A stretch of 64,000 nt of DNA from assembly GCA_012295275.1 (NCBI GenBank), contig CM022669.1, positions 17,608,001 to 17,672,000 of the forward strand. The letters are read 5' to 3'. Shown one piece after another: positions 46,571 to 61,790 of the stretch; position 1 is the stretch's first letter, and each line of letters begins with the position of its first letter. Source of the stretch: Chrysomallon squamiferum (Eukaryota; Animalia; Mollusca). A program made the position numbers and the translations under genes. The notes beneath the pieces are model-generated. The model was not told the origin of the DNA. It made no database searches and saw only the letters and a list, made by a program, of their open reading frames with translations.

Positions 46571-49500
46571 TTCTTTTACTATTTTTTTGTTTTTTGTTAT
46601 TGTGTTTACTCCTGTTCTTTTTGGTTGAAGGTGGATGTTCAGCCACCATTTTTTTTCTTGATGTCAATGCAGTAAATGTACACTGCACATGTAGGTTGTT
46701 CATGCATGTGTGTTATATTTGATTAAATTCAGTTTGCTCTCCTCTGTGACAACAGCACATTGTATTTACTCTTCAGATAGCTATGAAATAACTCACAGTC
46801 ATTTGATATAGACAAATAGTTAATCTCAACAGACAGTTGTTTCAAAATTAATATTTTTATTTTATTATTTTTTTAAAACATCTTTCATTTATTAATATTA
46901 TTATTATTATTATTTTTTTTTTTTTTTTCTTTAAATATTAATATCATAATGTTTGTATCTTCCAAGTAACAATTTATCAATTTCAGTTTTGAATTTAGAT
47001 GATTATGTTTTGAAATCATTGATTATTTTGGCTGAATCTGCAGGTTCAGGATAAAACTACATGGATGTTTGGTGTAAGCACTGGAAAAGCAAGGAGTTTG
47101 TATCATTTTACAATTCATGTTCACTTTGTGCTGTTTGCCTCAGGTTTAGATGTAGACTGAGAAAAGGAAACGCAAAAAGCAAAGATGGCCAACTCAATTA
47201 ACATATGTCTCGCTTTGAGAATCTCAGCACACACACACACTCATGTGTCTGTGAGATGATTTTAGATTTCAGGAGCGGCCTTTACCACAAATCTGTGGAA
47301 GCCACAGTGATTGGGGATTGTTTGTTTTTAAACTTGAACCAGTAGACAACTAACATTAATGAGTCTTACAGAGTGCAAACAAGCACTGAACTATGTTTGT
47401 CTCATATTGAACCATTCTTGGTACAGACAGACAAATTCCCTGATCGAAATCGTGGCCTGACATCCATTCATCTTCCTGTCCCAGAACCCAATAAATACAG
47501 TAGGCGGAAAGATTCTGTATATATAATTACTGGCTGTTTTTACTTGTGGACTTTCTGAAATTGTTCCCTTGTGATTCTCCTTAAAATCAATATATTGATG
47601 GTTTAGCTGAAGATTAATTCATATGTAAATGATTATGTTCAGTATCTCAATTCTTATCCTTACCATACATGATGTTATTAACAAGACAATGGACATAATA
47701 AGAAACTATGGTGATTTTTATAGTGGTTTATGTTTTAAGAAGATCTTTGTGAACAAGTAGTGATAATTATGCAAATAATACAGTAGAGAATTATTTTCTT
47801 TTATTCCTTTTCTTGGACATCTTAGGTATACAGTAATGTCCATAGAAAATAATAACTGTTGAAACAATATATTTCTTTTATCATTTTAATACTTCTATAA
47901 GGCATATTCTGTGAGTTGACAATAACTGTTGAAATAAAGGCTTCTTTCTTTTATAAATTAAAATTATTTATAATTTTTATAACTTTTAAAAAATTTAAGT
48001 AATAGTCTTTATTTGTTAGATATATAGACATGGTACAAATTTGAAAATATGATTATCTCTATTCATTTATTTTTTAGAATGCATTTTAACATTAATAAAT
48101 AAAAACTGATACTAATATTGTGTACAACCATAATATAGGTAACGTAATATTTGCCAAATACAGTTTTATTTATTAATATTGACATGAATAAATAACACTC
48201 TTTGCTCTGTTAGAAGTTAAATACCAAAGATAATGTAACAGTTTTGAATGGTGACAGTTTTACTTGCAGTTGTGTAATGATTTACTCTGATAAAATCTGT
48301 CAGCCATTCTTTATGGTTAAATGTTTGACCAAGGTCAGACTCATATACAAGAGTAAATAATGTACTATGGGACAGAAAAAAAATAATCAATTTGTTTTAG
48401 TCAACAGAATGTACCAGTTGGACTCTTGTCTTAACTTGTGTATGCATTATACTACTTAACTCTATCAGATTATATTTTAAATAATTTGTTACTAGTTTAT
48501 ATTAGCTTAAAATACTGCGTAATTTGGAAAAGAAATTTTTTTCTAATTTATTGTTAGGTTAAAATACTGTTTAATTCAGAAAAAGGAAATTTCTAATAAT
48601 TTGGTACTGGATTATAATTATGTATATGGCAGAGCAGTTAGAGATAAATAATAATTATAATTAAACAATAGGTAAGTGATGAAGAAAATAAATATGTAGC
48701 TAGACAGATAGTAGAAAATACATAAGACTGTATTCTAAGCCTGAACTAGACTAAGAAAAGGTAATTGAAAATTCTCTGGTAGCTCTTTATCATAACAACA
48801 AACAAGACCGAACATCCTAAAAGACATTCTTCAAGAACATCAAACATTGGATCAGTTTTGCCATCTTGTTAACAATTTCTGAAAAATGCTGAGAACTCAA
48901 AAATGGCTGTAGGTCATTTTACTCTTGAACTCGGGTTTTCAGATCAGCAGGTAGAAGACTAAAATTATAGCACTGCATTTGTATAGCAAACGGTTTACTA
49001 CCTACATCAGTCAGCTTAACCAGGCTTGGCTATCTCTGGTTATAGAAATTGTCTTTACATGTACATGAAACTGTAATTGCATGGCAGGTTAAATGCACTG
49101 AGATAAAAGGATAAAAAGCTTATGTCCAATGATCCTAGTCTTAGAAAAGTAAGTGCTGGGATGTATAGTTGTTTAACTATTGCTGTGACATATTTTTGTT
49201 TGACCAGTCATTAGATGTCAAACAAGAAATAACTTCTTTATTTTTAAAAATTATTATTATTATTATTTTTAGATAAGCTATGTCACTTTGCATTAATTTA
49301 TCCATGGTTTTTATTGATGATAATGCAGAATATTATTAAATCCAGAATCACTCCATTTATTTTATCACCTTTACAAGTTTAATCATTGTGCTTTCTAGAA
49401 ATATCCATGTTTTTCTGACTAAAAATAATATCCAAATTGTTATGCCTAAGAGCAAAAGTTTTTATTCCTTTTATCCAAACTCCAGTTAATCCAGTAAGTA

Positions 49501-50544
49501 TGCTTTGCTGCTTTCAGATTTATCACAGAAGCTATCGATTTTCTAATGCAGTCAATAATTTTCATCATGCTTTATATTATTTTGTCCACTACTTATTACA
49601 GTTATTATTGTGCTTGAAAATAATTGCTATTTATGGAATTTCCACTTAATACAGCCCCATTCCTTTCTTGCTATTACCTTCCAGCATAAACCTATAGGAG
49701 AGAAACAACACTGCATACATGTACATATAATCATTTAATTTATAAAATAACATCACTAGTAATCAGACTATAATTTAGAGATACATTAGCAGGTAACTAT
49801 CTCCTTTTTTCTTGGTTTCCATGGAAATAGTATAATTGGAAGCATTTTTAATGTGATAAAGGTAATGCACGACCTTCACATTATAAATAATGGGTGCATG
49901 TACTTTCACTTGAAATTACTTGTTTTGATAAAGATAATGTGATGTTGGCTTGAATTACAGTAGAGATGAATATAAGATATATTTTTACCTGATGCCATGT
50001 TGCTGTGTTAATATTTGTTGAAATGGAAAATATTTATCTTGAATATACATTTGAGGTGTGCAACTGATAAAAAAGAATTTGTTTTGAAATTTGTTTAATA
50101 TATGTAGTTTGAATTGGATTTGTACCACAGAAATTTATTTATTTAAGTAACATATGTTTGGTCTATGTATGTCTAACATTCATCTTATTTCCTTAAGTTG
50201 TTTATGCAGAAATAGTCATTTCACTTCTTTGATAACTTTGCAGTTACAGTAACATTATTATTGTGATCTCATTTTAATAATTTTTCTTCTGGGAATTGTT
50301 AATATTATTTCACATAGAATCTTGCAGAATAAGGTCCTGTATTTAAAAGAAGGTTCAAGGATTAATCCAAAATTCTTGAAGTTACCAAAGAAAGAAAAAT
50401 ACACCTTTGTAGCATATGCTTGTTTGTATTTTTTATGAAAAAAGAATCTTAATCTCTACTCATTTTTTAGTAATATGATTCATCCTCTGGTCATTTCCTT
50501 TTCCAGATTATTTGTAAAAGTTATTTTATTTTTTTTATGATATT

Positions 50545-50579
<35 letters not shown>

Positions 50580-52266
50580 GATATACATGAAACAATTTTT
50601 GTTAAGTAATAAAATGGCCAAGAGAAAAAAAACATCAAAAGATTTCTTGTCATACTGTCAACTTCATAAGTTTGACATCAAATAATTATTTAAATAAAAT
50701 TAATGAGATGTTGTTAAACAAAGATTAATTCATTTATTCAGTTAAATTTCAGATGTTTTTAAATGCACAGTGAATAATAATAATAATATAAATATAGAAA
50801 ATTTTTTTTTTTTTTTTTCAAAATCCCAAAAACAAGAAAGAAAGAAAGGAAATAAAATAATAAAATAACTACAACTTTTTAATATATTTATTTATTGTTC
50901 CCAGAAAAAAAAAACAAAAAAACCAATCTTAACCTTCAAAACTTTTCCACAGTAATAAATCGGCGTCATTCAGCTTAGTCATCGGACTGTTAGTTGATGT
51001 AATTTTGTACCAACGTGTCACTCATTCATTCCGTTAGGGTTTATTTAGTCATCATGAATACGATGATCAGCTGATGCACATATGCAACAGTGATTGATTG
51101 ATGATGCTCACGAGGACTTCTCTCACCAGACAGTATCGTCTACTACAACCCGACTAGGATGTGAAACATTCACACAAGTGACAGGGTGTCAGATAAAGTT
51201 GATGACAGGCAAACCTTCTCTTGTCACCCTGTCTGGGTTCTCGCCTGCAGGTAGATAGAGCACAGTCAGGTGACACTCTTATAAGCTCTACACAGATACA
51301 AGTTCTGTATCTTTCTCTTGTTGACACATACCTGACTCAAGTGAATGCTTTCTTTTATGTTGATCCTGTGAATGCAAAAAAAAGAAGAAAAAAAGCCAGG
51401 CATGACTTTATGAAATCTTCACTTTTTGAAGAAAAGGTTGCAGAAATTCTAGGGTGTGTTACGATTTGATAGCAAAGCTGTCATGTTTGTGATGAGCAAA
51501 AGTGAAATAAATGGATTTTAAACTGGAGTATCTGATGAAATTCTTTTTTTAATTAATAAAGTGTAATTACAGTTAATGCTCGTCCATTTTCAGACTATCA
51601 TCTATTATTTTTTCTTTTCTTTTTCATTATTATTATTAGTAGTAGTATATATATTTTTTTAACACAATTTGGTTTGGTTACATGAACAAAATAAATGTTG
51701 ATATTGGAATATTTCTGTTTCTAACATAACACCTTTTTGCATGTTGTTTGTTTCAAAGCTTTAAAAAATTAACATTCTCAATTTGGAATAAAGAAAAAAA
51801 AAATTGAAACTGCATTATTTGCACCATATGTTTACAAATTCTCCAAATGCACATCTCTGATTGTTTAAAATTCTCTTTCAAAATTACGGTGGCTTATAAT
51901 TAATTTTTTTTTCTTCTTCTTCCACATCTATCCCTCTTAAATCATTTGCTTAAAACAAATGTTCCAAAAATGTGAACATAAGATATCATGTTATTGTAGT
52001 GTGTAAAACTGATTTCCTGAAACGAGTATGAGTCATGCAGAATAAATTCCAGGTTCCAGGGTTAGGTAATGTACATGCTCAGTGCATATGTCTGTCTACT
52101 GGCTATGATCTTAGTTTGGTTTGTTGGTGTGTGTGTGTTGAGAATGAAAGTGAATTCTTTGGCAAGAGGAACCCAAGTAGAATTTGAAGAATTTTTCTTT
52201 CACCAGTGATAAGTAGAAAATAACTTAATAAAATGAAGCTGAAAACAGTTTGATTAAATTTAACAA

Positions 52267-52298
<32 letters not shown>

Positions 52299-54831
52299 AA
52301 TAGTAAATAAATAAAAATAAAAATGAATGAATGAATGAATGAATGAATGAATGAATAAATAAATAAACCTATAATTACTAAAATGATTCTGAGAGTTATT
52401 CTCATGGTCAATTGAGTTTTTTTTTTTTAAATACTGTTGTTTAATTTTTTGCCCATTCCAACTTACCTTTCTGCTGCCTTTTCTACTAAAGATCAAAGCT
52501 TAAAATAAGATAAATAAGAAAAACTTTTCTGTTCCTTATCAGAATGAGTAATATCATGACTAATTGTCCATTAGAATACTGTGGCATACATGACATATGT
52601 TACACCATGCAACATGTTTAACAGTTAAGCAATACGTTAAAACACAATAATTTATTCTAAAATGAGTAATATGGAAATCAAGTGCTGCTAATGTCTACAT
52701 TTAAAATTTAGAGCATTTTGTCTAGATTTTGTTTGGTTTTTAAAGTTCCATATTTCAGTAATTACTTCATAATGTCCTTCATTTTTATTTTAATTTATTT
52801 AAATATTGCTATTGTTAATTTTTAATTTTATTTTATAAAAAATTTCATCCACTGAACATTTAAAAAAAAAAAAAATTTTTTGCTGGCAATTATTTATCAC
52901 AAATGATTTGAGATACTGCAACATAGTTTATTATTATGGTTATTTTGTTCTTGCTCCATTTAACTTTTGAAAGTAATATTTCCCATTTATAATTTATAAT
53001 TTTCCAGGAATAACGTAATGTTTGTTTAACCTTTGATAAATTAGTACTAACAGAGAGGGTCAATAAGTGAAAATAAAAAAAGGTTAGATTAGTGCACTAT
53101 GGTAGATTGTTTCTGTAGTTTGTGGGTTTTTTTTTTTTTTTTGCATCTCAAGCTGGTTCTCAAACTATTGAGCTTAACCTGCTCTTCATAAAGGTTTAGC
53201 CAGATAAGCTTGTTATTCTGTCCATAAATAAAGAGTTTACTTCAGCTAGATACCACTTCAAAAAGACATTCAACCATTTTCTTCATCACCTTCCACAACG
53301 TTTACTCAGGTAATTACATGCACTGTCATTGGATACAATGGAATGACCTTGTATCAGCAGTACCTGACCTGAAGCTGATCCTGTTATCTGGAACTTGAGT
53401 ACTAAAGTGAAAAGAAGAAAAAAAAAATTAAAAAGAAAAAAGAAGAAGGCATGGAAGAAAACTGCAAAGAAAGTAAAGGAAAAAAGAAAGAAAGAAAAAA
53501 TCTTCATGACTTTGTGAAACTATTCCATTGTAGTCAAAAGGCAGAAAACTGACCCTTGTTGAAACTGGCAAAAGAAGTGTATTGTGAGACCTCAGGAAAA
53601 GAGGCTGTTGGTGATAGATAAGAAGGATGTGTTACTTCTAAGTGTTACTTTGTCTTAAAGAAATATGTAAACCAAAGTATGTTAAAGTCTGTAGTAGATT
53701 TGTTTGCTGTTGCTGTGATTCAGAGCAAGCTTTTTTGATGTCTTGTTTTCAGAACTGAAAGATGTCTGGGTAGAATTATGAATGTGTCTGGTATAAAAGG
53801 CAGGGCAGAGTTACTGATGATATTTACACAGCAGTTCTCAATGTTGTATAAAAATAATAATTGAAAGTAATTGCAAGTTCTGATGCTGACTTTGATTTTT
53901 GGAATATCCATTAATAAAATGGAAACATTTCTTAAACAAAAAAAAGTAGACAAAATCATCACCACAACTATCACCATTACAAAAACACCAATAAAAGACT
54001 TAAATAAAAAAAATTTAAATTGTTTTTTTTTGTTGTTATTATTTGACAGATCTGATATAAAATTAAGAAACATTAAATTAATTTACTAAATATGTATTTC
54101 AGGTTTCACAGTTCATAAAATACAACTGAAATTGTTTTGATAAGTCATATTTTGTTTACCCCTTTTACTTGTCACAACAGAGTAATACTGATAAATATAT
54201 TGATGTGTTATTGAGAATACACATGAAATGTATATTGATTTTTCTCTGGACAGGTGTTATTTTGTCAGGTAGGGAGATAAGAATGTCTGTTCATAATTTC
54301 CCAGTTGTGCCCCTCTAGGGATAACTGATTAATATAAAGGCATACCTCCTACGTTACAACAGTGACAGCTAACATGAACATATCTATTAATATGTGATAC
54401 TGTTCTGTTTACTCAAATGTTATTACATGTTTGCTGAAGAGGCAGTGACCCTGAGGTGTATATATATATATGTGTGCATATATTATATAAGATATTACAC
54501 ATGCATAATACATACTAGATATAACTATCTATCAATTGAGATGACGTATTCACATACAGGATACACAAGTCAGAGAAGACAGAGAGAAAAACACTAGGAA
54601 GTTACTGATGCTGGTTTAACCTCTCAGTGAACAGAAATGTAAATTATTAATAATCTGTCACAGGACAAATGAATGGCAAACTGGGCTTGATTATTATCAC
54701 TTGAACCAAGGTTTCATTGGTTGCAATATTCATACATCAGTTACACAGTTCAAATTGCAAGTGCCAGAAAATGTGTTATTATAATTTATAGCTTATATGT
54801 GTAATGAGTGGAGACCAGTAATTGTTGTTGC

Positions 54832-54834
<3 letters not shown>

Positions 54835-54880
<46 letters not shown>
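54835..54880. repeat. (ATT)n microsatellite
   Basis: Direct reading. Confidence 0.97.
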
Positions 54881-55803
54881 CTTCTTTTGGGGATATTTAA
54901 TGAATGTTTGCAGTATTCAGGATTTCAAATTATAATATTGCCATCATTTTAAAGATAACATTAATTTTATTAAAAATCAACAACAACAACAAAACTATAA
55001 CAAAAAAACTACAACAAAAAAGTGGAAGAAGAAGCAACCCAGAAATAACAATGAATGACAAAAAAGATATCTACTTTAGTAGTGAAATTGATACCCTATA
55101 CTTATCGTATGCTGTTACTCATCACTTTACTTTTCTGTCTCACCAGATGGATTTACAATGTTAGTGCTTCTATTAAATCATTACTTTTTTGTTTTTCACC
55201 ATTTTCTTCTTTTCTTTCTTTCTTTTTTTTTTTTTTTTTTTTTTTGAGCCTGTCTCTGGTGAAAGTTATGTTGATCTACAACTTATGTATGCATGAGAAA
55301 CACATTTCACGTTATAACTCAGATTTTACATGTCCCTTGTTTCCACTGTGTAAGTAAACTTGCAGTATTTCTTACCCACTGTTAGTCTGCTTGAATGTAA
55401 ATCATCATAAAGCAAATAAATCTGATTTCTCTTTTGGGAGTTTTCTATTTGAAACTAAACTAACAACACGATTAACAACACCAATCTACAAAGCTCTGCT
55501 GTGCAAATGAACTACAGAACTTTATTTCAGATCTTCCCGTAGACTCCTGCATTTAACTAACATTTGTGGTGCAATTTGAATACTACAGTGCTTCAATGAA
55601 AGTAATGAAGTAAATAGAAATTTTCCCTTCCTCCAAGCAACTAAACTAAAGCAGTTTGTTTTAAATTTCTGCTTGCAGTGAACTTAGCTGTTGGTTGTGA
55701 ATTCTGTGCCTTTAACTAAGTTTAAGGAAACTACCTCTGCAGCAGTACTTCTGAATACCCCAGATATTTTTTGTCTTTTTATTTTTATTTTTTTTTATTT
55801 TGG

Positions 55804-56492
55804 TTTTTATCTATAGCTGCCTTTCATGAACAGCTATAAATCATGGATTCTCTCTTCCCTTTATAACTGCGGTCCCTGTGTGCAGATATCTGTTGCAGTT
55901 TAATTTAGGTTTCCAAAAATTCTCCATTGTTTTAATTAAATTTAAACTCTATTTTGGAATCCTTGCTTCTGGCATCCTTAGATGGAATCAAGAGACAGAC
56001 AGATAGATAAACAGACACACACATACACATTTACTTTATTCTCATTCTATGCCTTCACTGCATTAAACTAAACAATGCATTGCTCTTTCCCTACCTCTTT
56101 GCCTTTATTGTCCTACTTTATTTTTTATTATCTTCCCAGTAGCCTTCATTTTAATTTTAATATTTATTTTTATCTACAGCTGCCTATCATGAATAGCTAT
56201 AAATCATGGATTCCCTCCTCCCTTTATAACTCCCTTTATGTAGCAGTTTAATTTAGTTTTCCCAAAATTCTCTGTTCTTCTAATTAAATTTAAACTCCAT
56301 TATGGATTCCTTGCTTCTGACATCCTTAGATGGAACCAAGAGACAGATAGATAAACAGACACACACACACATTTACTTTAGACCCATGCTATGTGTACAC
56401 TGTATTAAACTAAATAGTGTATTGCTCTTTCCCTACCTCTTTGCCTGAATTGTTCTACTTTTATTTTACATTATATCTCCTGAGTAGCCTTC
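55804..56492. repeat. ~360-bp tandem duplication (copies at ~55804-56147 and ~56167-56492)
   Basis: ttttatcta.agctgcct.tcatgaa.agctataaatcatggatt ... ccctacctctttgcct ... agtagccttc present twice, colinear with small indels. Confidence 0.95.
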
Positions 56493-59400
56493 CTCACTAA
56501 ACTAATGCCACTGTGTCCAATTCAGTAACTAAACTGAAACTGTAAGCCCAAAGACGTAATTGGACTTTGTCAGACATTGTAATTATAAGAACTTGAATCA
56601 GTACCAATTAATCAGGCTTGGTTCAGTTAATTGTGGCCTGGTATTAATGTGGACATTACTCATTTATAACATAATAGCAGTACTTAGGAATTAAATTAAT
56701 GTATGTATATTATTTCACTAACAGTTTATGTGACTCGACAGTCATTGGTTTAAACCACAGATTAATTTATGTTGTATTTAACATTTGAAAAGAATTTGCA
56801 TTAATAACATTGTTGGCTAAAGTTAAAATGGTTTTGTAAATGCTTCAAAAGTTCAGGTTTTTTAAATATTTTATTATCATTTTTTTTAATCATTATGTTA
56901 TTTATGAGATAGGTTCAGTTTTTAAATAAAAAACTTGTTAAAATAAGATTTTTAACATATTTATTTATAAGTTATACAATTTATTGTTAAATATAGAGAA
57001 TTTAAAATGTATTTTTTTAAATTAATGAACAACTAACTCATCTGTGAATACAGACTTTACTGTTTTCTTTTTGTCTCTCCATAAATTTCTTTAAATTATT
57101 CATTATTTTTGTTTAGCCATATATTATCACATTTTTTTTTAGCCCTCACATTTTTTTTCTCAAGAATACAGAACTCAGTTGGGATATATTTTACTTAATT
57201 ATTCTGTTACCTGATAGCAGAGATGAATAAAGAGATAAATGCATTTACTGCACAAATAACCATAAATGTCATTCATGTCTCTTTTCCTGCATTTTAATTA
57301 TTGTTGACAATGCAGGTACCAACATGTATTTCATAGGTACCACAAGTTAAAAGGCCTTTTCATTCTGCAATGGAATCTGTTTCCATGACGACTGTCTGTA
57401 TCAATCAGTGATGTAAAAAATATAAGATGTGTATAGATGTTGAGGTGCACATTCAGCCCAGTGAAATTGTTTGCACAGATGTACTGGGTTGTTTTCTCAC
57501 TATCTTTTCTTTATTTCCTCAAAATAGTGAATCCTGTTTATATAGTGTGTCATAGATAGTCTAATAATGGATAATAGAAGGAAGATTCCAGATATTAAAA
57601 ATGATAATATTGTGATGGTTATTTTGGTTATAAAGATCATAGTGATGGTTATGCTAATAATAATGAACATGGGGATTGTTAATTTAATTTACATCTATTG
57701 TGAGATATTTTAGTAAAACTGTGGTTATTTCAGTGGGGAAAATATTGATAATAATAATAATTTATTTAATTTATATCAGTTGATGAGCTGGAATGATAAT
57801 GTCTCATTAAATTTGTTGATGTTTTCATGGTGTGATGATGAAAATAATGTTAATTTGTTAAACATTTGCATGGTTATTTGACGCAACTATCCAGACTTCA
57901 GTTCATTAAAAGATTTATGACTGTGACCAGACTTGGATTATGCCATATTTAACTTGAGTCATCTATACTGAGACAGCAAACAAACAAACAGGTCTGACTG
58001 AAATGGGCTGTATTCATGATTTCAGATGTGACTTGTAGTTAGAGTCTGATATTTTCACACCTTCACTGCACTGGCTTTTAACATGTGAGGGCAAAAAAAG
58101 AAAAAAAAAAGAACAAAACATAACATTCAAAACCTAAAAGCCGACAATAAAACAACAACAAACAGGAAATCTTAAAACAAACAAACAAACGAAAAAAAAA
58201 AAATGAAAATGAAAAAAACAAACAACAAAACAAACAGACTTAACTAAAATAATCTGCTTACAAAAACAAAAAATAAAAAGTTTTTTAGCCTTGCTCTTAT
58301 CTTAGGTAAGAGTGTCAATATTTAATACCAAAGGCAAACAAAAGTGTTTTGCAGATGTTCATCAATTTGGGTGTAGGGAAGAGCATAATGTCATTTTAAT
58401 TAAAGAGATGTCATAAATGCCACTTTCAGAAGTTTGGCGGATCAAATCCAGTCCAACAAATTATGTCTAGTGCTACCTAAACTTTATTTCTTTTTCTTTT
58501 TTTCCCACTTAATCGCTTCTTGGTTGAAGTTGGTCAACATGGCAGATGTGGACTATGTAATTATTTAGAGTAGTTGCCCCTGATTGATCACTGTATTATT
58601 TCAACCTGTACTCACCATTGTTATGGTCATTTAATGACTGTTTTATGGCAGGAGGAGTGCCTGAGAGAGAAATTTATAAGTCATGCACATGTTCAGAGAT
58701 TAACAATAAACTGAAGTAGTAGACATATGAAGCATGGAGCTGCATCTGTCCATAGATACGAAGGCAAAAAAAAATTATAATTTAAAATAAAATAAAAAAT
58801 AAATTAATAACAAAAAAGACAGCAATAAAACAAAAACAAAAATTCCCATGCCAACTCCATTTAATAATAATGATAATAACAATAATAAATAAAATAAAAT
58901 AAAATAAAGTAAAATAAAATAAAATAAAATAAGCTAATTATTGTTCATGTTCCCAGCAGTCCTGGGTATTTATTTAAACAGAAAACAACAAGAATAATAA
59001 ATAAATAAATAAATAAATAAATAAGAAAAACAAATGTATATGGTACTAGCAGTAAGCTGTGTCTGGTATAAATAACAATTGCTTACTTTTTTCTTTTTTT
59101 TTAATAATGATTATTTGTTTCATTCATATATTAAAATTGAATGAAGAGCTTTCATATCTAATTTACTTAAGTAAATAAATTAGTTTACCGTATATTGAAT
59201 TTAATTACCCACCCTATACATTTTTATGAGAGAGCTGTAATGACTGAAACTTGGCTGTCTGAATTTGTGTTTCCGTTGCGTGTTTGATTATGCAGACTTG
59301 TAGCCAGTGAAATATGACCCAGAAATCAATAGGCAATGAAACAATTGCTTGCTAAAATAAAATCACTTATTAATTATGCATAACGAAGAAACAAGGAAGC

Positions 59401-60585
59401 TTGCTTGTTTGACCAGGCAGTTGAATTCTTGTTTGTTATTTTTCATTGTGATTTTTATGTTTTTTCTCCTTTTCTGCATTGCATTAAAAATACTAAAATG
59501 TTTGTAATGATAATAATGTTGCTGAAACCACTGCATTTCTAATTTTAACTGCCAGTGCTTTTAAAGGTATTGTAATAATGTTATTACAAGTATGATAATA
59601 AAGTTGCTAAAAATAATGTTATTAAAGGAATAGTTACAATGCCATTAAAAATAAGGTAATAAAGTTCCCAAAAGTATTAAAATAATGCTACTTTAAGTAT
59701 TATAATGTCAGTAGAAGTATTATGATGATAATATTCCCGAAAGTATAATAATGTTACTAAAAGTATTTTGGTAATGTAACTGTAATAGTGTCAGAGACAA
59801 ATTACTGGAAGTAATCTGGATACTTTGTCTCTCTACCAGCAGAGATAATAATATTTCAGTATTAACAGAAGTTAATACTATTATAATGGCTATTAATAAA
59901 TTGTTTGTGGCCATATTACTAATTAAAGTTCACCTATTTTTTGTTCTTTTTTCTTTTCTATATTTCATTGTATAATGTATTATTTTTTATTCATTTTTCT
60001 TTTCTTTATCATTATTTTTAATTCTCATCATCACTGTTGGATCTGTTTTCTTTATGTTTGTTGCTTTATTGTTCTCTTTCCCACTAAATTTATCTCTTCT
60101 TCCAGCCATTTTGTTTTATTAACAAATGTAAACCTAGAAATTCATAATATACAAACCATATCGAGGAACAACAATTATTTATGCTGTTTGATGTTAAACT
60201 TGTGTTAATATACTGATATCTTCTAATTCAATAACACTATATGTATTACAATGGAAAAGAATATCTCGTATATCTGAAATTATTATTGTCTTCCTATAAT
60301 GATGTATGAAGCAACTGGGTACATGTACTAGTTAAGTTCAGTATTAATATGCATGCATATTTTAACTGATGTCAGCAAGAGCATGTACTCATTGATTCTT
60401 AGATATTCTGCAGTTGCACAAGTGTATATTAAATCAGCTCTAGTATTTGTTACTGAGGCAGAACAAAATGCATTTATGTATTTGTAATGAACCCATTATT
60501 TTTTTTTTTTATTTTTTATAATAGCATCTTAATACTTAAATTAGAACTCTTTTGTTTCAAAACGTGTAAACCCATGCAAGTTCAC

Positions 60586-60743
<158 letters not shown>

Positions 60744-61754
60744 TTCTTTACAAATGAGAGACTTTTTAAAGATGCTAGGCCATATTCTAATATTTTTTAA
60801 TGTTAAAGGTACTTGCTGATTAGATACTGTTTATTGTCTAATATGTTTTCCTTTATGCTTTTAAGATTGCAGCTGTTTTGGTCTGATTTGCAGTAATTGG
60901 ATATTGTTTGGAACCTGCTAAGATAATTTTTTCTCTCTCTCATTTTACATGGTTTTAACATGGCTATTTTACTTTGATGGTGAATGTGTAAAACACACTA
61001 ATTATGATAATAGATAAACAAAATACATTGATTAAGATATCTTTTTGGATACATGTAGATAATTTGATAAGGCAGGGTATAGACGCAGGTGAAGATTTTG
61101 TCTAGAAAGTTAAGACTTGACATAAGACAAATTAGAGATAGAACACATGTGTCAGACTGGCATCATGGCTAAATCATTCTAAATTGAGTTTGAAATTCAT
61201 GCTAATCCAGTAACTGAAGAAAAAGCTATAAAATGCAAGTTTTATTTTCACAATGTTGGTGGCCAGAAAATCTATATGTTTGTTTTTTTAACTCCTTGAT
61301 GCTGCTTGTTTTTGGGGGGTTGTTGTTCTTTTTTGGTATTTTTATAAATAACACACTTTTTAAAAATAAAATAAAATTATAGGATGTTGATAGTGTCTGG
61401 TTTATATCTAGAATGACTTCTAATTTGTGTGTTGATTTTTATTTATTTTCTTTTCTTTTTTTTTTTTTTTTTTTTTTTTTTTCTTTCCTTTTAATAATTA
61501 TTAGGTTTAAATTAAATACTTTAAAATTAAAAAGACCATCAGCAGATAGTCTATTTGCTGTTTCGCTTTCATTAAAGATTAATATCATGATATGGCTGAA
61601 ACTAACAGTCTTAAGTGCGTTAATAGTAACGAATCTTTGTTGTGAATTTTTATTTATTTAAAGAGGTTCACACAAGAATGGTATTCCAAATAATCTTTAT
61701 TTTTTAATTTTTTAATTTTCAGTTATATAGGCATGCTTATATATATATAATATA

Positions 61755-61790
<36 letters not shown>

